Notes: generated from the letters alone by a model not told the origin. A DNA stretch of 64,000 bases from an uncultured Methylomirabilota bacterium (GCA_963705305.1 OY970067.1:736001-800000), one strand, 5' to 3'; numbered from the stretch's first letter, positions 19,955-30,121 are shown. Program-made: numbers and translations.

Positions 19955-21861
19955 CGGCCGCCTCCTTTCGGAGCGAGCTGTTGCACCACGTCCTCCAGCC
20001 CCAGCTCCCGGAGCTTGGATGCGGTGGGCGCGCCGCGCTCGGTCCACCCGCGGACCCGGTAGTACGCCTGGAGCGCGGTCGAGAACTCCTGGTCGGTGAA
20101 GATCCGGCCGCGGGACGCGCCCTCGCGCAGGCTCCGGGACAGCTTCGCCGGCAGCCGGTCGTCGGGGGGACCGCCGCTCTCCCGCAGAGTGAATGCCCGC
20201 GCGAGGTTGTAGGCCCGCTCGCCGATCGCCATCTCTTCGTCGAGGGAGAGGTCCTGCCAGCCCGTGGCCGCCGCGAGCATACCGGTGATCTCGTCACAGT
20301 TATGCAGCCCCCCGACCGCAAGGCTCATGAACGAGCAGAGGGGGAGCGAGTTGATGAAGGACGTGTAGTCCTCCGCCAGGCGCACCACCCGGGGCTTGCC
20401 ATCGAGCGCGAAGCGGTCCATGGCCTCGGTGACGCCCAGTTCGGGCCAGGCGCCGGGGCCGGCGACCATTGGGTCGTGAAAGCCCTCCATGTGGTCCGCG
20501 CCGCGCGGCGCCGTGGCGTACGAGAGGCCGAGCCCCTTCTTGCCGCGGGCCTCGTGCATGCCCAGCTCGAGGCCCTTGACTTCCACGGCGAGCTCCGAGG
20601 CCCCGCGGCCGATCCTGGCAGCCGCCCGGCGCGTGCCCTCCGCGAGGAGGTCACCGACCCCCTCGCGCCGGGCGATCAGGTCGAGCAACCGGACCATGGC
20701 CGCTGCATCGCCCCAGGGGAGCGGGAAGCCGATCTCCTTCTCCCTGAGCAGCCCTTGCTCGAAGCACTCCATGGCGAAGGCAATGACCGAGCCGGCGCTG
20801 ATCGTGTCCAGGCCATACGCGTTACACTTCTGGTTGAGCAGCGCGATGGCCTGGAGGTTCCGGTTGTCGCAGAGGGAGCCGAAGGCCGCCACGGTTTCGT
20901 ATTCGGGCCCGCCATACTCAGGCTGGACACCGGCGAAGGGGCCGTCACTGACCCGGACCACCCGCGTGCAGCCGACGGGACAGGCCTCGCAGGCGCGGTG
21001 CCCGAGGAGGATGGTGTTCCGCATGGCGGTGCCGCTGATCCGGTCGGCGGCCTCCCAGGCGCCGCTCTCCCAGTTCCGGGTCGGCAGGATGCCCAGGCTG
21101 GACAGGTCCTCGACACCGCCCGCGGTGCCAAGCTGGCTGAGGCTGCCAGGGCCTCCTACCAGCCCTGGGTGCTGCCGGATCTTGGCGAGGTTGGCCAGGG
21201 CGTGGTCTCGGAACCCCCTCGGATCGGCCACGGTGACCCGGCCGGTCCCGCGAATGGCGATCGCCTTGAGGTTTTTCGCGCCCATCACGGCCCCCAGCCC
21301 TGTGCGCCCCGCCGCACGGTCGGTGTCGTTCATGATGCAGGCGAAGCGAACGCCGTTCTCCCCGGCCAGGCCGACGCTCACGATCCGGGCTTCGGGGTCG
21401 CCGACTTCTTCCTTGATCTGCTCCTCGGCCTCCAGGGTCCCTCGTCCCGTGAGATGGGAGGCCGGCCGGAACTCGGCGTGCTCGTCGGTGATGGCAAGGT
21501 AGACTTTGGCCGGGGCCCGGCCCTGCACGATGATGCCATCGTAGCCCGCATACTTGAGCTCGTGAGCCACGAAGCCGCCAGTGTAGGCCTCGCCGAAGCC
21601 GCCGGTCGCGGGGGACTTGGCGAGGACTACGTAGCGACCCGCACCGGGGGCGAAGGTTCCCGCCAAGGGGCCCATGGCAAAGACCAGCCGGTTCTCCGGC
21701 CCCAGCGGGTCACACCCCGCGGGGACCTCATCCATCAGGATGCGCGCCCCCAGGCCCCTGCCGCCCAGGTAGCGGCGCGCTCTCACCTCGTCGAGGGATT
21801 CGACCGAGGTCGTGCCCCGGTCCAGATCCACCCTGAGCAACCGTCCTGCATATCCGTCCAT
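19951..21861 (-). CDS. Aldehyde:ferredoxin oxidoreductase (tungsten AOR family)
   Basis: YLGGRGLG, KSPATG, ELKYAGYD, AGRTGLGAVMGAKNLKA, GPEYET and GLDTIS motifs. Confidence 0.93.
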   Translation of the reverse strand: MDGYAGRLLRVDLDRGTTSVESLDEVRARRYLGGRGLGARILMDEVPAGCDPLGPENRLVFAMGPLAGTFAPGAGRYVVLAKSPATGGFGEAYTGGFVAHELKYAGYDGIIVQGRAPAKVYLAITDEHAEFRPASHLTGRGTLEAEEQIKEEVGDPEARIVSVGLAGENGVRFACIMNDTDRAAGRTGLGAVMGAKNLKAIAIRGTGRVTVADPRGFRDHALANLAKIRQHPGLVGGPGSLSQLGTAGGVEDLSSLGILPTRNWESGAWEAADRISGTAMRNTILLGHRACEACPVGCTRVVRVSDGPFAGVQPEYGGPEYETVAAFGSLCDNRNLQAIALLNQKCNAYGLDTISAGSVIAFAMECFEQGLLREKEIGFPLPWGDAAAMVRLLDLIARREGVGDLLAEGTRRAAARIGRGASELAVEVKGLELGMHEARGKKGLGLSYATAPRGADHMEGFHDPMVAGPGAWPELGVTEAMDRFALDGKPRVVRLAEDYTSFINSLPLCSFMSLAVGGLHNCDEITGMLAAATGWQDLSLDEEMAIGERAYNLARAFTLRESGGPPDDRLPAKLSRSLREGASRGRIFTDQEFSTALQAYYRVRGWTERGAPTASKLRELGLEDVVQQLAPKGGGR

Positions 21862-21971
21862 CGCCTCCGCCTTTCTCTAGTACCTCTGGCAGGCCATCAC
21901 GGGCATGCCCGCTGTCAACAGCCTCCCAACATCCAGCTCATCGCCTACTGTAAGGCGTCATGAGTACCCTC

Positions 21972-22253
21972 TCAGTCTTGACTGCAACGTCTCGCCTCCC
22001 TCAGCGATTCGACCGCCGACTTCCGCATCAGATAGAGCGAGGTTACGCGCGGATCTTGATGCCCGGCCGTTCAATCTGCAAACCAGGCCGCCTGCACCCA
22101 GGCCCTCCCCAGGAGGGCGAGCACATCCCTATTCATTCTGATCGTCCGTATGTCAGGCCTGCAGGTACAGCACACCTGCCCCCCTGTCGATGGCCTGGGT
22201 GGCCGCCAGCATCTCGTCCACGAAGGCGAGGGGTCGTTGATGATTTTCTTTAC
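21972..22253 (-). pseudogene. Collapsed remnant of a dhaK-dhaL operon
   Basis: Consecutive fragments KKIINDP/AFVDEML, AATQAID...VLYL, the dhaK-stop/dhaL-start junction and AAWFAD*TAGHQDPRVTSLYLM match the intact dhaKL at 42693-44337. Confidence 0.8.
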
Positions 22254-22284
22254 ATGATGCCTGTTCGGGGGATCGGACCCCCCA

Positions 22285-22569
22285 TCAAGGTCGCCCACCT
22301 CCACCCGCGATCGCTGGGAAAATCGCGACCGTGTCGTCAGGACAGAGGGGGGCATGGATGCCACCCTGATGCCGCGAATCGTGCCCGTTGATCACGACGA
22401 TGACGGCGTCGCCCAGATCGTCCCCCTTCAGGACCCAGCGCCGGAAGCTTGGCCCGTAGCGCGCGGACAGCGCCTGGAGCAGCTCCCGCAGGGTGGCTGC
22501 GGGCTCATCCCAGCGGATCTCCCTCGCGCCCGTGCAGCTTCGAATAGTGGCGAAGAAGAGAATCTGCAT
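22285..22569 (-). CDS. MoaD/ThiS ubiquitin-like sulfur carrier
   Basis: FFATIR...VINGH...DTVAIFPAIAGG followed by a GGRP tail. Confidence 0.88.
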   Translation of the reverse strand: MQILFFATIRSCTGAREIRWDEPAATLRELLQALSARYGPSFRRWVLKGDDLGDAVIVVINGHDSRHQGGIHAPLCPDDTVAIFPAIAGGGGRP

Positions 22570-22716
22570 AGGTGCCCTTGACCGATCCGCTCCGCCGCCG
22601 CTAGCTGGATCCTGGGCCAGTCGAAGCCCGCCACGAAGGCGGGCCCCCACTGACCCAGGACACCCGGCTCGCTTACACCCAGGAACCGCCGCGCCCCGAC
22701 CCGAGGGCGGGCCGGC

Positions 22717-24522
22717 TCATGCCAGCGCCAGCTCCTTGAGTTTCTTTTCGCTCGGAACGCCGTTCTTGTCCCAGCCGCGGAGCTGGTAGTACTCGGGCAG
22801 CATCTGCCCCAGCTTGCTGACGTACCCTTTTGCACCGCCGCTGGGAAGCGGATCCTTCAACAGGCGCTCGGGCAGCGTGTCATCCTTGGCGCTGAGCCCG
22901 GCCTTCAGGTTCCACAGCCGCTCCAGGTTCCAAATGCGCTCGCCCGCCGCGAGAAGCTCCTCGGTCGGGTATGAGACGCCGGTGAGCGTGCTCAACATCT
23001 GGGCCAGCTCGTTCACGCCGATGCCGAAGGTAGCAAAGAGGCACGCCCCCGTCGAGTCGAGGGCGGCGGTCAGGTTCTGGAAGGCGATGGCGGCCTGGGC
23101 TTTGCCCTCGGTGGTCAGGTTGTCCATCTTCACCGGGTTCCCCAGGACCTCCACCGCAATGGTGTAGCCCCGAACGTGGCAGCCGCCCCGGTTGCTGGTG
23201 GCGTACTGGAGGCCGATGCCCTGGACCGCCCGTGGGTCGTAGGCGGGCATCTCCTGCTTCTTGGCTGTCATGCTGTATTCGGGATGCCCGTAGCTCTCGG
23301 CCAGCCGGTAGGAGCCCAGGGCCAGCTTGTCCCCGAAGCCCTCCCGCAACCCGGTCTTGCGGACCATCTCCACCATGGTTTCGGCGTTGCCGAAGTTGAG
23401 CGGGATCCCGCCGGTGTCCTTGAGGGTGATGACGCCTGCCTCGTACAGGTCCATGGCGCAGGCGATGGTGGAGCCCATGGTGATGGGGTCGATCCCCAGC
23501 TCGTTGCACAGGTAATTCGCCTTGGTGATGGCCTCCAGGTCGTCGACGCCGCAGTCCGGGCCCAACGCCCAGGCCGTCTCGTATTCAGGTCCTTCGCCCG
23601 CACCCTGGTACTTCGGGTTCTTGACCTCGGTCACCCGCCCGCAGCTGATGACGCAGGCAAAGCAGCCTTTGGGGCGCAGCAGGAGATTGGCGGCCAAGGA
23701 TTCCCCGCCGACCTTGTCGGCGGTTGCAAAGGTAGCTTCGCGGAAGTTGCGGGTGGGCAGGCCTCCGGTCTGGTTCATGATGTTGATCAGCACGTCGGTC
23801 CCGTACGCCTTGAGCACCTGGCCCCCCACCGGATGGGACAGGATTTTCTCGCGGGCGGTCTTCACGGCGGCCTTGAACCCGTCGGGATCGGCGACTTTCA
23901 CCGCGCCGCCGCCCACCACCGCGACTGCCTTGAGGTTTTTGGACCCCATGACCGCGCCTACGCCGCTCCTGCCCGCGGCCCGCTGCATCTCGTTCATCAC
24001 GTTGGCGAAGAGCACCAGCCGCTCTCCGCCGGGGCCAACGCAAGCGACCTTGGCGCAGTCGTCGATTTCGGCCCGGATCATGTCGGTCGTGTCGGGGATG
24101 TCCTTCCCCCACACCTTCCCCGCGTCGCGGATTTCCACCTTGTCGTCCCAGATGGAGAGGTAGACGGGGCTGCTGGCCTTGCCCTCGACGATGAGCAGGT
24201 CGTACCCGGCGAACTTCAGCTCCGGCCCGAACTCCCCGCCCGAGTTCGAAGCGGCGATGGCGCCGGTCAGCGGACCCTTGGTGACGACGTTGTAGCGGCC
24301 TCCGGAGGGCGCGAAGGTCCCGGTGAGCGGGCCGGGCGCGAAGATCAACGTGTTCTCGGGACTAAGGGGCTCCACCCTCGGGTCCACCTCGTCGTACATG
24401 ATCTTGGTCCCCAGGCCCCGCGCCCCGATGTACTGCCTCGCCAGTTTGGGATCCAGGGGCTCCTTGCTCACGGTGCGGGTCGTCAGATTCACCCGCAGGA
24501 TCGTCCCAATCCAGCCGTACAT
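22717..24522 (-). CDS. aor: Aldehyde:ferredoxin oxidoreductase (tungsten AOR, second paralogue)
   Basis: [45 protein letters not shown] and DSTGAC motifs. Confidence 0.93.
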   Translation of the reverse strand: MYGWIGTILRVNLTTRTVSKEPLDPKLARQYIGARGLGTKIMYDEVDPRVEPLSPENTLIFAPGPLTGTFAPSGGRYNVVTKGPLTGAIAASNSGGEFGPELKFAGYDLLIVEGKASSPVYLSIWDDKVEIRDAGKVWGKDIPDTTDMIRAEIDDCAKVACVGPGGERLVLFANVMNEMQRAAGRSGVGAVMGSKNLKAVAVVGGGAVKVADPDGFKAAVKTAREKILSHPVGGQVLKAYGTDVLINIMNQTGGLPTRNFREATFATADKVGGESLAANLLLRPKGCFACVISCGRVTEVKNPKYQGAGEGPEYETAWALGPDCGVDDLEAITKANYLCNELGIDPITMGSTIACAMDLYEAGVITLKDTGGIPLNFGNAETMVEMVRKTGLREGFGDKLALGSYRLAESYGHPEYSMTAKKQEMPAYDPRAVQGIGLQYATSNRGGCHVRGYTIAVEVLGNPVKMDNLTTEGKAQAAIAFQNLTAALDSTGACLFATFGIGVNELAQMLSTLTGVSYPTEELLAAGERIWNLERLWNLKAGLSAKDDTLPERLLKDPLPSGGAKGYVSKLGQMLPEYYQLRGWDKNGVPSEKKLKELALA

Positions 24523-24534
24523 GGGAATCACCTC

Positions 24535-25002
24535 CTAAAAGGCTTCCTTGAACTTGGCTGCGAACGCCTTCTTGCGCGAGCGGGTTGCGAGCGTATCTTC
24601 GGTGAACTCCAGCGCCTTGTTCGGGCAGAAGGCGACACATTCGGGCTCGCCGTTGCAGGTGTCACATTTGAAGAGGCTGTTGCTCAGGGTATCGTACACG
24701 ACATTCCCGAAGGGGCAGGCCTGGACGCACATGCGGCAGCGGATGCATTGCTTGGCCTCCCATTCCACCAGTCCACTCGCGCTGTTACGCCGCATGGCGC
24801 CGGGGACGCAGACGCTGACACAGGGGGCGGGATCGCAGTGCTGGCACATCATCGGCACGGAGATCCCCTCCCGCTCCCAGGTGAAGACGTGCACCCGCGC
24901 GGCGCGCGGCCGGAACTGGCTCTCTTTCGTGAAGGCGCAGGCCAGCTCGCAGCTCCGACACCCAGTACACTTGTTTGGATGGATCATCAGGACATTGGTC
25001 AT
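24535..25002 (-). CDS. 4Fe-4S dicluster protein
   Basis: CTGCRSC, CQHC, CIRCRMC and KCDTC clusters; RBS AGGAGG. Confidence 0.9.
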   Translation of the reverse strand: MTNVLMIHPNKCTGCRSCELACAFTKESQFRPRAARVHVFTWEREGISVPMMCQHCDPAPCVSVCVPGAMRRNSASGLVEWEAKQCIRCRMCVQACPFGNVVYDTLSNSLFKCDTCNGEPECVAFCPNKALEFTEDTLATRSRKKAFAAKFKEAF

Positions 25003-25139
25003 CGCTGCCTCCTTTCCTGTTCGGCTCAAGGACCAGCCTTTTGGGCCAGCGTCTCCCTTCCCCCGCAGGAATACCGGGACATACACGAGGTGGTAGGGAC
25101 GAACACAGAAGGATGCACGAGGAGCGGACGGATGGGGAG

Positions 25140-25272
25140 GAGCGAGTACGGCGAGCCGCTTGCCAGAGTCAGGTCCCAAGAGCTATCCCGGGCCGACCTC
25201 ATGGAGCCTCCTCCGTCGTTACCAGGAGGGGCAACCGACTGAAGGTTACTCCTGAGCCGCTCGGCCTGTCAA
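25140..25272 (-). promoter_or_regulatory. Promoter plus conserved leader (copy A of a 4-member family)
   Basis: TTGACA-18-TAACCT (25272-25243), then GTTGCCC...GGAGGCTCCATGAGGTCGGC.CGGGATAGCTC, similar to 34683-34810. Confidence 0.55.
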
Positions 25273-25471
25273 GAAGGCCGATACCCTGCTCACAAGGCTG
25301 GTCGGACGTACCGACTTTCAGTGGGAAGTGCGGGGCGGAGTCTCATCGGGGCGCTGGATCCTGTGGGGTGTTGGGCCGATCCTCAACTCGACAGGGCTGT
25401 TCGGGACACGGCACTCGCGCCCGCGCGCAATTTCGCTGGCGGGGGGGCATCTTCGAAAAAATCCCCCCACC

Positions 25472-25550
25472 TAGGCGCCAGGGGAAAATTCGAATTTCGA
25501 AGTTCGAATTTCGAAGTTGAAGTGGGGCCTTGGCGTCATGACGGTAGAGC
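25472..25550. repeat. REP-like dispersed repeat (TTCGAA heptamer array with CCTTGGCG...GGT arm)
   Basis: AAATTCGAATTTCGAAGTTCGAATTTCGAAGTT; related copies at about 39437, 50195 and 62551. Confidence 0.7.
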
Positions 25551-25595
25551 GGTTCTTTCGCCTCAGGGTTAATTCGCAGGGTTCCCTGCCGGGTA

Positions 25596-26630
25596 TCATA
25601 ATTGCCAAAAGGCCGTCAACATGGCCTCGGCATTCGCCAGGGGGACGTCGGTGCCGACCTGGCCGTAGCCGACGTAGCCTCCCGCCGGCCGGCTGAAGGC
25701 CCGGCCCAGTCGCTGGACGTAGGCGGTGACCTCCGGCGGTGTCCCGAAGGGCAGGGTGTACTGCCGGTCCATGTCTGCCCGGAAGCAGACCCGGCCGCCG
25801 AACCGCCGCCCCACGTCTTCGATGTCCATGCAGGACATCTGGGGGTTCAGCTCGTTGAAGCCGATTTCGATGAGGTCGTCCATGATTTCGTGGGTAACGC
25901 CGTCGGTGTGCAGGTGGGCGAAGCACCCCCCGCTGCGGATGGCCGCTACGATCTTCGCGTAGGCCGGCTTGTAGATCTTGCGCCAGTGGCCGGGTTTGAT
26001 CATCAATGCCTGCTGGGTCCCCCAGTCGTCGTTGACCAGGATCCCGTCGATGTGCTCCCGCTGCCGGAGGAGGAGCTCCACCCGTTTCAGCAGAAATTCG
26101 GTGATGCGGTCCCGGAGGAAGCACATCTCGGGGCAATCCTCCACCACATCCACCAGGGAGTTCTCGAAGCCGCGGAGCCAGTTGGTGAGGTGCCAGAGGG
26201 TCCCCACCTCGATCAGGGCGTAATGCCGGTGGCCATCCGCCTTCACCGCCGCCACGAGCTCTTCGAGCCCCTGGATCCCCACGGCGGGCTCCGGCCACTT
26301 GAAGCCGTCGAGCTTCTCCCACTCATCCAGCGGGTGGCCGAACACCTGCCCCAGGTGGTCGTCGGTCAGGCTGTCCCAGACGCAGCCCCACTCATCCTTC
26401 ACCCCGCGCAGCGCCCCGCTCCCCTCCGCCACGCCGCGCTTGAACGCGAACCAGGCCCGGGTGGAGGGCGAGAGCAGCACGTCGCTGGGGTAGCGAGCGT
26501 ACAGCTCCTCCAGAGGCCTGCCCAGCTTACGAAATGCTCCGGGGATGGTGCGGTGCATGACGGGCACGCGGTCCGGCCCGGCGAAGGTGATGGCCCGCCT
26601 ATACCGCTCGCGGCTATTCATCTCGCCCAT
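25596..26630 (-). CDS. Uroporphyrinogen decarboxylase (URO-D)/MtaA-like family protein
   Basis: MNSRER...PDRVP, DEWG, LRGFEN, DDWGTQ, HTDG and LPFGTP motifs. Confidence 0.88.
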   Translation of the reverse strand: MGEMNSRERYRRAITFAGPDRVPVMHRTIPGAFRKLGRPLEELYARYPSDVLLSPSTRAWFAFKRGVAEGSGALRGVKDEWGCVWDSLTDDHLGQVFGHPLDEWEKLDGFKWPEPAVGIQGLEELVAAVKADGHRHYALIEVGTLWHLTNWLRGFENSLVDVVEDCPEMCFLRDRITEFLLKRVELLLRQREHIDGILVNDDWGTQQALMIKPGHWRKIYKPAYAKIVAAIRSGGCFAHLHTDGVTHEIMDDLIEIGFNELNPQMSCMDIEDVGRRFGGRVCFRADMDRQYTLPFGTPPEVTAYVQRLGRAFSRPAGGYVGYGQVGTDVPLANAEAMLTAFWQL

Positions 26631-26724
26631 TTCTCTCTCCTCGGCCTCGGTACCCCCCGGGCCACGCCTCGGAGCTCCGCCTCCGCTGGGCCAGGATTTC
26701 CGGTCAGATCGGCCCCGTGACGCA

Positions 26725-27747
26725 TTACCCCTTGTACTCCTGGATCTTCTCCCGCAGCTCCTTCGTCCATATCTTGTCGTACTTCTCGTAGAGCGGCTTC
26801 ATGGCCGCGCGGAAGGCGGCCCGGTCGGGCTCGATGACGGTCATCCCGTGCCCCTTGAGCTGTTCCAGCATCTTGCCTTCCTGGGCGGTCAGGTACTCGA
26901 AGAACCAGTCCATTGCCTCCTGGGCGGATTCGTTCAGGGCGGCCTGGTACTCTTTCGGTTGCTGCTGATACAGCCTCTCGTTGAAGATGATGGATCCGCA
27001 CTGGATGATGTGGGCCGTCTGGATCAGGTACTTCTGGACCTCGTAAAACCGGTTGGACAGGATCTGGGCGTAGGGGTTTTCCTGTCCCTCGATGATCCCC
27101 GTCTGAAGCCCCATGAAGACTTCGGCCATGGGGACGGGCGTGGGGGTGGCCCCCCAGGCGGCCACCATGTCGCGATATACGGGGATCTCGGGCACGCGAA
27201 TCTTGAGGCCCTTGAGATCGGCCGGCTCTTTGGCCGGGGTGTTTTTGGTGGTCAGATGCCGGGTGCCGATGTAACCGACCGCCAGGGCCCGAAAGCCCTT
27301 CTTGATGACCGGACTGTACAGCAGGTTGAGGATACTCGGATCGCGAACGGCCTTTTGCAGTTGATACCGATCTTTCCAGATGAAGGGTGCGCTCAGGATA
27401 TTGAGGGCCTGATTGAAGGAGGCATACTCCGAGGGGTCGACATAGTAGGATTCGAGCGTGCCGATGGCCACCCCTTCGGGGGCCGTCCGGCCGCTGCCCA
27501 AGACGCCGCCCCCATGGACCTGAACCTCGAAGGCTCCGCCTGTCTTCTCGGCCAAGCTCTTTCCCCACCGGGTCAGCAGTTCCGTGGCCGGATGCTCGGG
27601 CGCCAGCGTGTGTCCCGTGCGGATGATGGTGACCTTCTTGGCCTGGGCCGCCGCCACTCCCGGCACGGAGGTCGCTACCATGCCCCCCGCCGCTAAGATC
27701 TTCAGGAAGGTGCGTCGATCGTGCCCGCCTGCCAACCGCTTGCCCAT
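26725..27747 (-). CDS. dctP: TRAP transporter substrate-binding protein (Tat signal)
   Basis: DRRTFLK Tat motif; DLKGLKIRVP, LQTGIIEGQENP and FYEVQKY motifs. Confidence 0.92.
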   Translation of the reverse strand: MGKRLAGGHDRRTFLKILAAGGMVATSVPGVAAAQAKKVTIIRTGHTLAPEHPATELLTRWGKSLAEKTGGAFEVQVHGGGVLGSGRTAPEGVAIGTLESYYVDPSEYASFNQALNILSAPFIWKDRYQLQKAVRDPSILNLLYSPVIKKGFRALAVGYIGTRHLTTKNTPAKEPADLKGLKIRVPEIPVYRDMVAAWGATPTPVPMAEVFMGLQTGIIEGQENPYAQILSNRFYEVQKYLIQTAHIIQCGSIIFNERLYQQQPKEYQAALNESAQEAMDWFFEYLTAQEGKMLEQLKGHGMTVIEPDRAAFRAAMKPLYEKYDKIWTKELREKIQEYKG

Positions 27748-27954
27748 CGTTCTCCCTCTCCTTTCCGCCTCTTCACGAAGTGTTGAGGGCCCCGCGCAAT
27801 TGTCGTTACAACGAAAGAGGGACGCCGCCTGTTGTCTCGACCGGAAAACAAGCCCCAGACTTGGGCTTCGAAGCTCTTCGTACCCCGGGCATTCCAGGTG
27901 AAGCGGAGCCGGCGAACACCATTCGGGACGGGCGCACCAGAGGTGTCGTTCGCG

Positions 27955-29241
27955 TCACTTGGCCACCCCCATGAGGAGGTTGGGAATGAACATGACGAGC
28001 GGCGGGTAGAAGGTGATGAGGAAGAGCACCGCGATCAGGGCCAGGACCATTGGCCACACCTCGCTCGCAAACTCCCTCATGGTGACCTTCGAGATGTTGA
28101 GCACGACGTACATGACCGTGCCGACGGGCGGGGTGATCGTGCCGATCATAAGGTTCAGCACGTAGAACACCCCGAAGTGCACCCGATCGATGCCCAGCTT
28201 ATCAATGGTGGGCAGGAACAGGGGCGTGAACAGCAATAGGAGGGCTGTCGTCTCCATGATGCAGCCGAGGAACAGGAAGAGGACATTGATGAAGATCAAG
28301 GCGACCACGCGATTGGCATAGAAAGGCTGGAACACGCTCTGGAGCGTTTCCCCGACATCTTCCCGCGTGAAGATGAACTGCAGCACATTGGCCGCCGCCA
28401 CAATGAACAGCACCACCGCCGTGCTGGTCACGATCCGTGTCGAGATGGCCAGGAGATCTTTAAGGGTGATCTCCTTGTAGACGAAGAAGCCGACAAAGAG
28501 GCCGTACAAGGCCGCAACCCCCGCCGCCTCGGTCGGGGTGAAGATCCCGCTGAGAATCCCGCCGATGATCAGCACCGGCATGAACAGAGCCCAGGAGGCA
28601 TCCTTGAGGGCGAGGAAGACCTGCCGGAGTGTCGACCGCTGATGGCGCGGATACCCGCGGCGGCGGCTCACGATGTAGACCGTGGCCATCAGGAATAGCC
28701 CCATCAGGACCCCGGGAATGACGCCCCCCAGAAAGAGGCGCCCCACGGAGGTGGAGGCAATGAAGCCGTAGAGCACGAAGGCGATGCTGGGGGGAATGAT
28801 GGGCCCAATCGTCCCTGCGGCGCTGACGATGGCAGTGGCAAACGGCTTGTCGAATCGCTCCTGTACCATGGCGGGGATGAGAACGCGTCCGGTCCCCGCC
28901 GCATCGGCCAAGGCGCTGCCGGACATGCCGGCCATGATCATATTGGCGACCACCGTCACGTGCCCCAGGCCGCCCGTGATGTGTCCCACCACGGTGGACG
29001 CCAAGCTGACGAGCCGGCGGGTCACCCCGCCGGTGTTCATCGTCTCTCCGGCCGCGATGAAGAAGGGAACCGCCAGGAGCGGGAAGGACTCGACGCCATT
29101 CGTCATCTTCTCGGCGATGGCGTACAGGGGAACGTGCTGCTGGACCAGGTAGATGACCGCAGGGACCAAAAGAGAGTAGGCAACGGGCACCCCAACCAGG
29201 AACGCGATCAGCATAACCGCGATAATGGTGAGGGTGGCCAT
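27955..29241 (-). CDS. dctM: TRAP transporter large permease
   Basis: LLAVPFFI, SGSALAD, IIPPSI, FTPTEA and TPPVG motifs. Confidence 0.95.
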   Translation of the reverse strand: MATLTIIAVMLIAFLVGVPVAYSLLVPAVIYLVQQHVPLYAIAEKMTNGVESFPLLAVPFFIAAGETMNTGGVTRRLVSLASTVVGHITGGLGHVTVVANMIMAGMSGSALADAAGTGRVLIPAMVQERFDKPFATAIVSAAGTIGPIIPPSIAFVLYGFIASTSVGRLFLGGVIPGVLMGLFLMATVYIVSRRRGYPRHQRSTLRQVFLALKDASWALFMPVLIIGGILSGIFTPTEAAGVAALYGLFVGFFVYKEITLKDLLAISTRIVTSTAVVLFIVAAANVLQFIFTREDVGETLQSVFQPFYANRVVALIFINVLFLFLGCIMETTALLLLFTPLFLPTIDKLGIDRVHFGVFYVLNLMIGTITPPVGTVMYVVLNISKVTMREFASEVWPMVLALIAVLFLITFYPPLVMFIPNLLMGVAK

Positions 29242-29251
29242 GCTCCATCCC

Positions 29252-29767
29252 CTATCGGTGCCGCAAGAGCGAGACCAGGTGCCGGGCGTTATGGATGAGC
29301 ATCAGGAATGCGGACACCGGGACCGCCGCGTAGATGTACATGGTGGGAATGCCGAGTGCAGTCGTCGTCACATCCTGCGTGACATCCACGAGCAGGCTGC
29401 CCTGCCACACCAGCATGGCCAGGACGGCCATCACCACCACGAGGGACGCACACTCCATGGTCCGAGCGAGTCTTCTCGGAACTAGGGTCACGACGATGTC
29501 GATGATGATGTGCTCCTTGTGCTTGGTCGCGATGCTGGCGCCCAGAAAGACGAGCCACACCAGGCACAGCAGGACGACTTCTTCCGTCCACGCCAAGGGC
29601 ATGTGGAGCACGTACCGGCAGAGGACGCTGAGGCCGATGGAGCCGAGCATCACGGCAAGCAGGATCGCCGTGAGGACCTCCTCGAGGTGGGTGAGCGCCC
29701 AGCGCCATGCGTGAGTTGGGGTTGCTGCGGGGAAAGCAGGTCCTTCGGATTCGGGAGGTCCATTCAT
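29252..29767 (-). CDS. dctQ: TRAP transporter small permease
   Basis: RY...WTEE...W..FLG...HI motifs; 4 TM segments. Confidence 0.9.
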   Translation of the reverse strand: MNGPPESEGPAFPAATPTHAWRWALTHLEEVLTAILLAVMLGSIGLSVLCRYVLHMPLAWTEEVVLLCLVWLVFLGASIATKHKEHIIIDIVVTLVPRRLARTMECASLVVVMAVLAMLVWQGSLLVDVTQDVTTTALGIPTMYIYAAVPVSAFLMLIHNARHLVSLLRHR

Positions 29768-30121
29768 CCTGAGAGGTCCTTCCCCCCGGTCTTCAGGGTC
29801 CGAAATCTGGCGTGGAATCTAGCGGGGGGCGCCCCCAGCGTCAACACGCGAGCCTGCGCATGTCTGGTGACGTGGACCATTGCCGTGTGGCGCTTTCGCC
29901 TTTGAGCCCGGCCAGAGGGAGGTCAGAGAGGAGGAGGCAGACTGTGCGCCGCTCGCCCCCCCATCGGCCGTCGGGTCGCGGAAGAGAATTCGTCCCCCAA
30001 TCCGGCGGCCGGCGGAGAGCTCGTCAAGAGCCAGGACAATTGGGCCACAACCTCTCTCTTATGCCGGCACACTGTTAGAGCGGGAATTCGGCAAGGAGCA
30101 CAAGGAAGCGGCGTCCGCTAA

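Noticed and set aside
25003..25240. Moco/tungsten riboswitch upstream of the AOR operon
   Set aside because: The context fits, but I could not identify the motif's conserved elements; the region instead matches the 4-copy leader family
19885..25242. Long plus-strand ORFs (692 and 688 aa) and similar antisense ORFs elsewhere
   Set aside because: These are antisense shadows of real genes, expected at high GC, and carry no motifs
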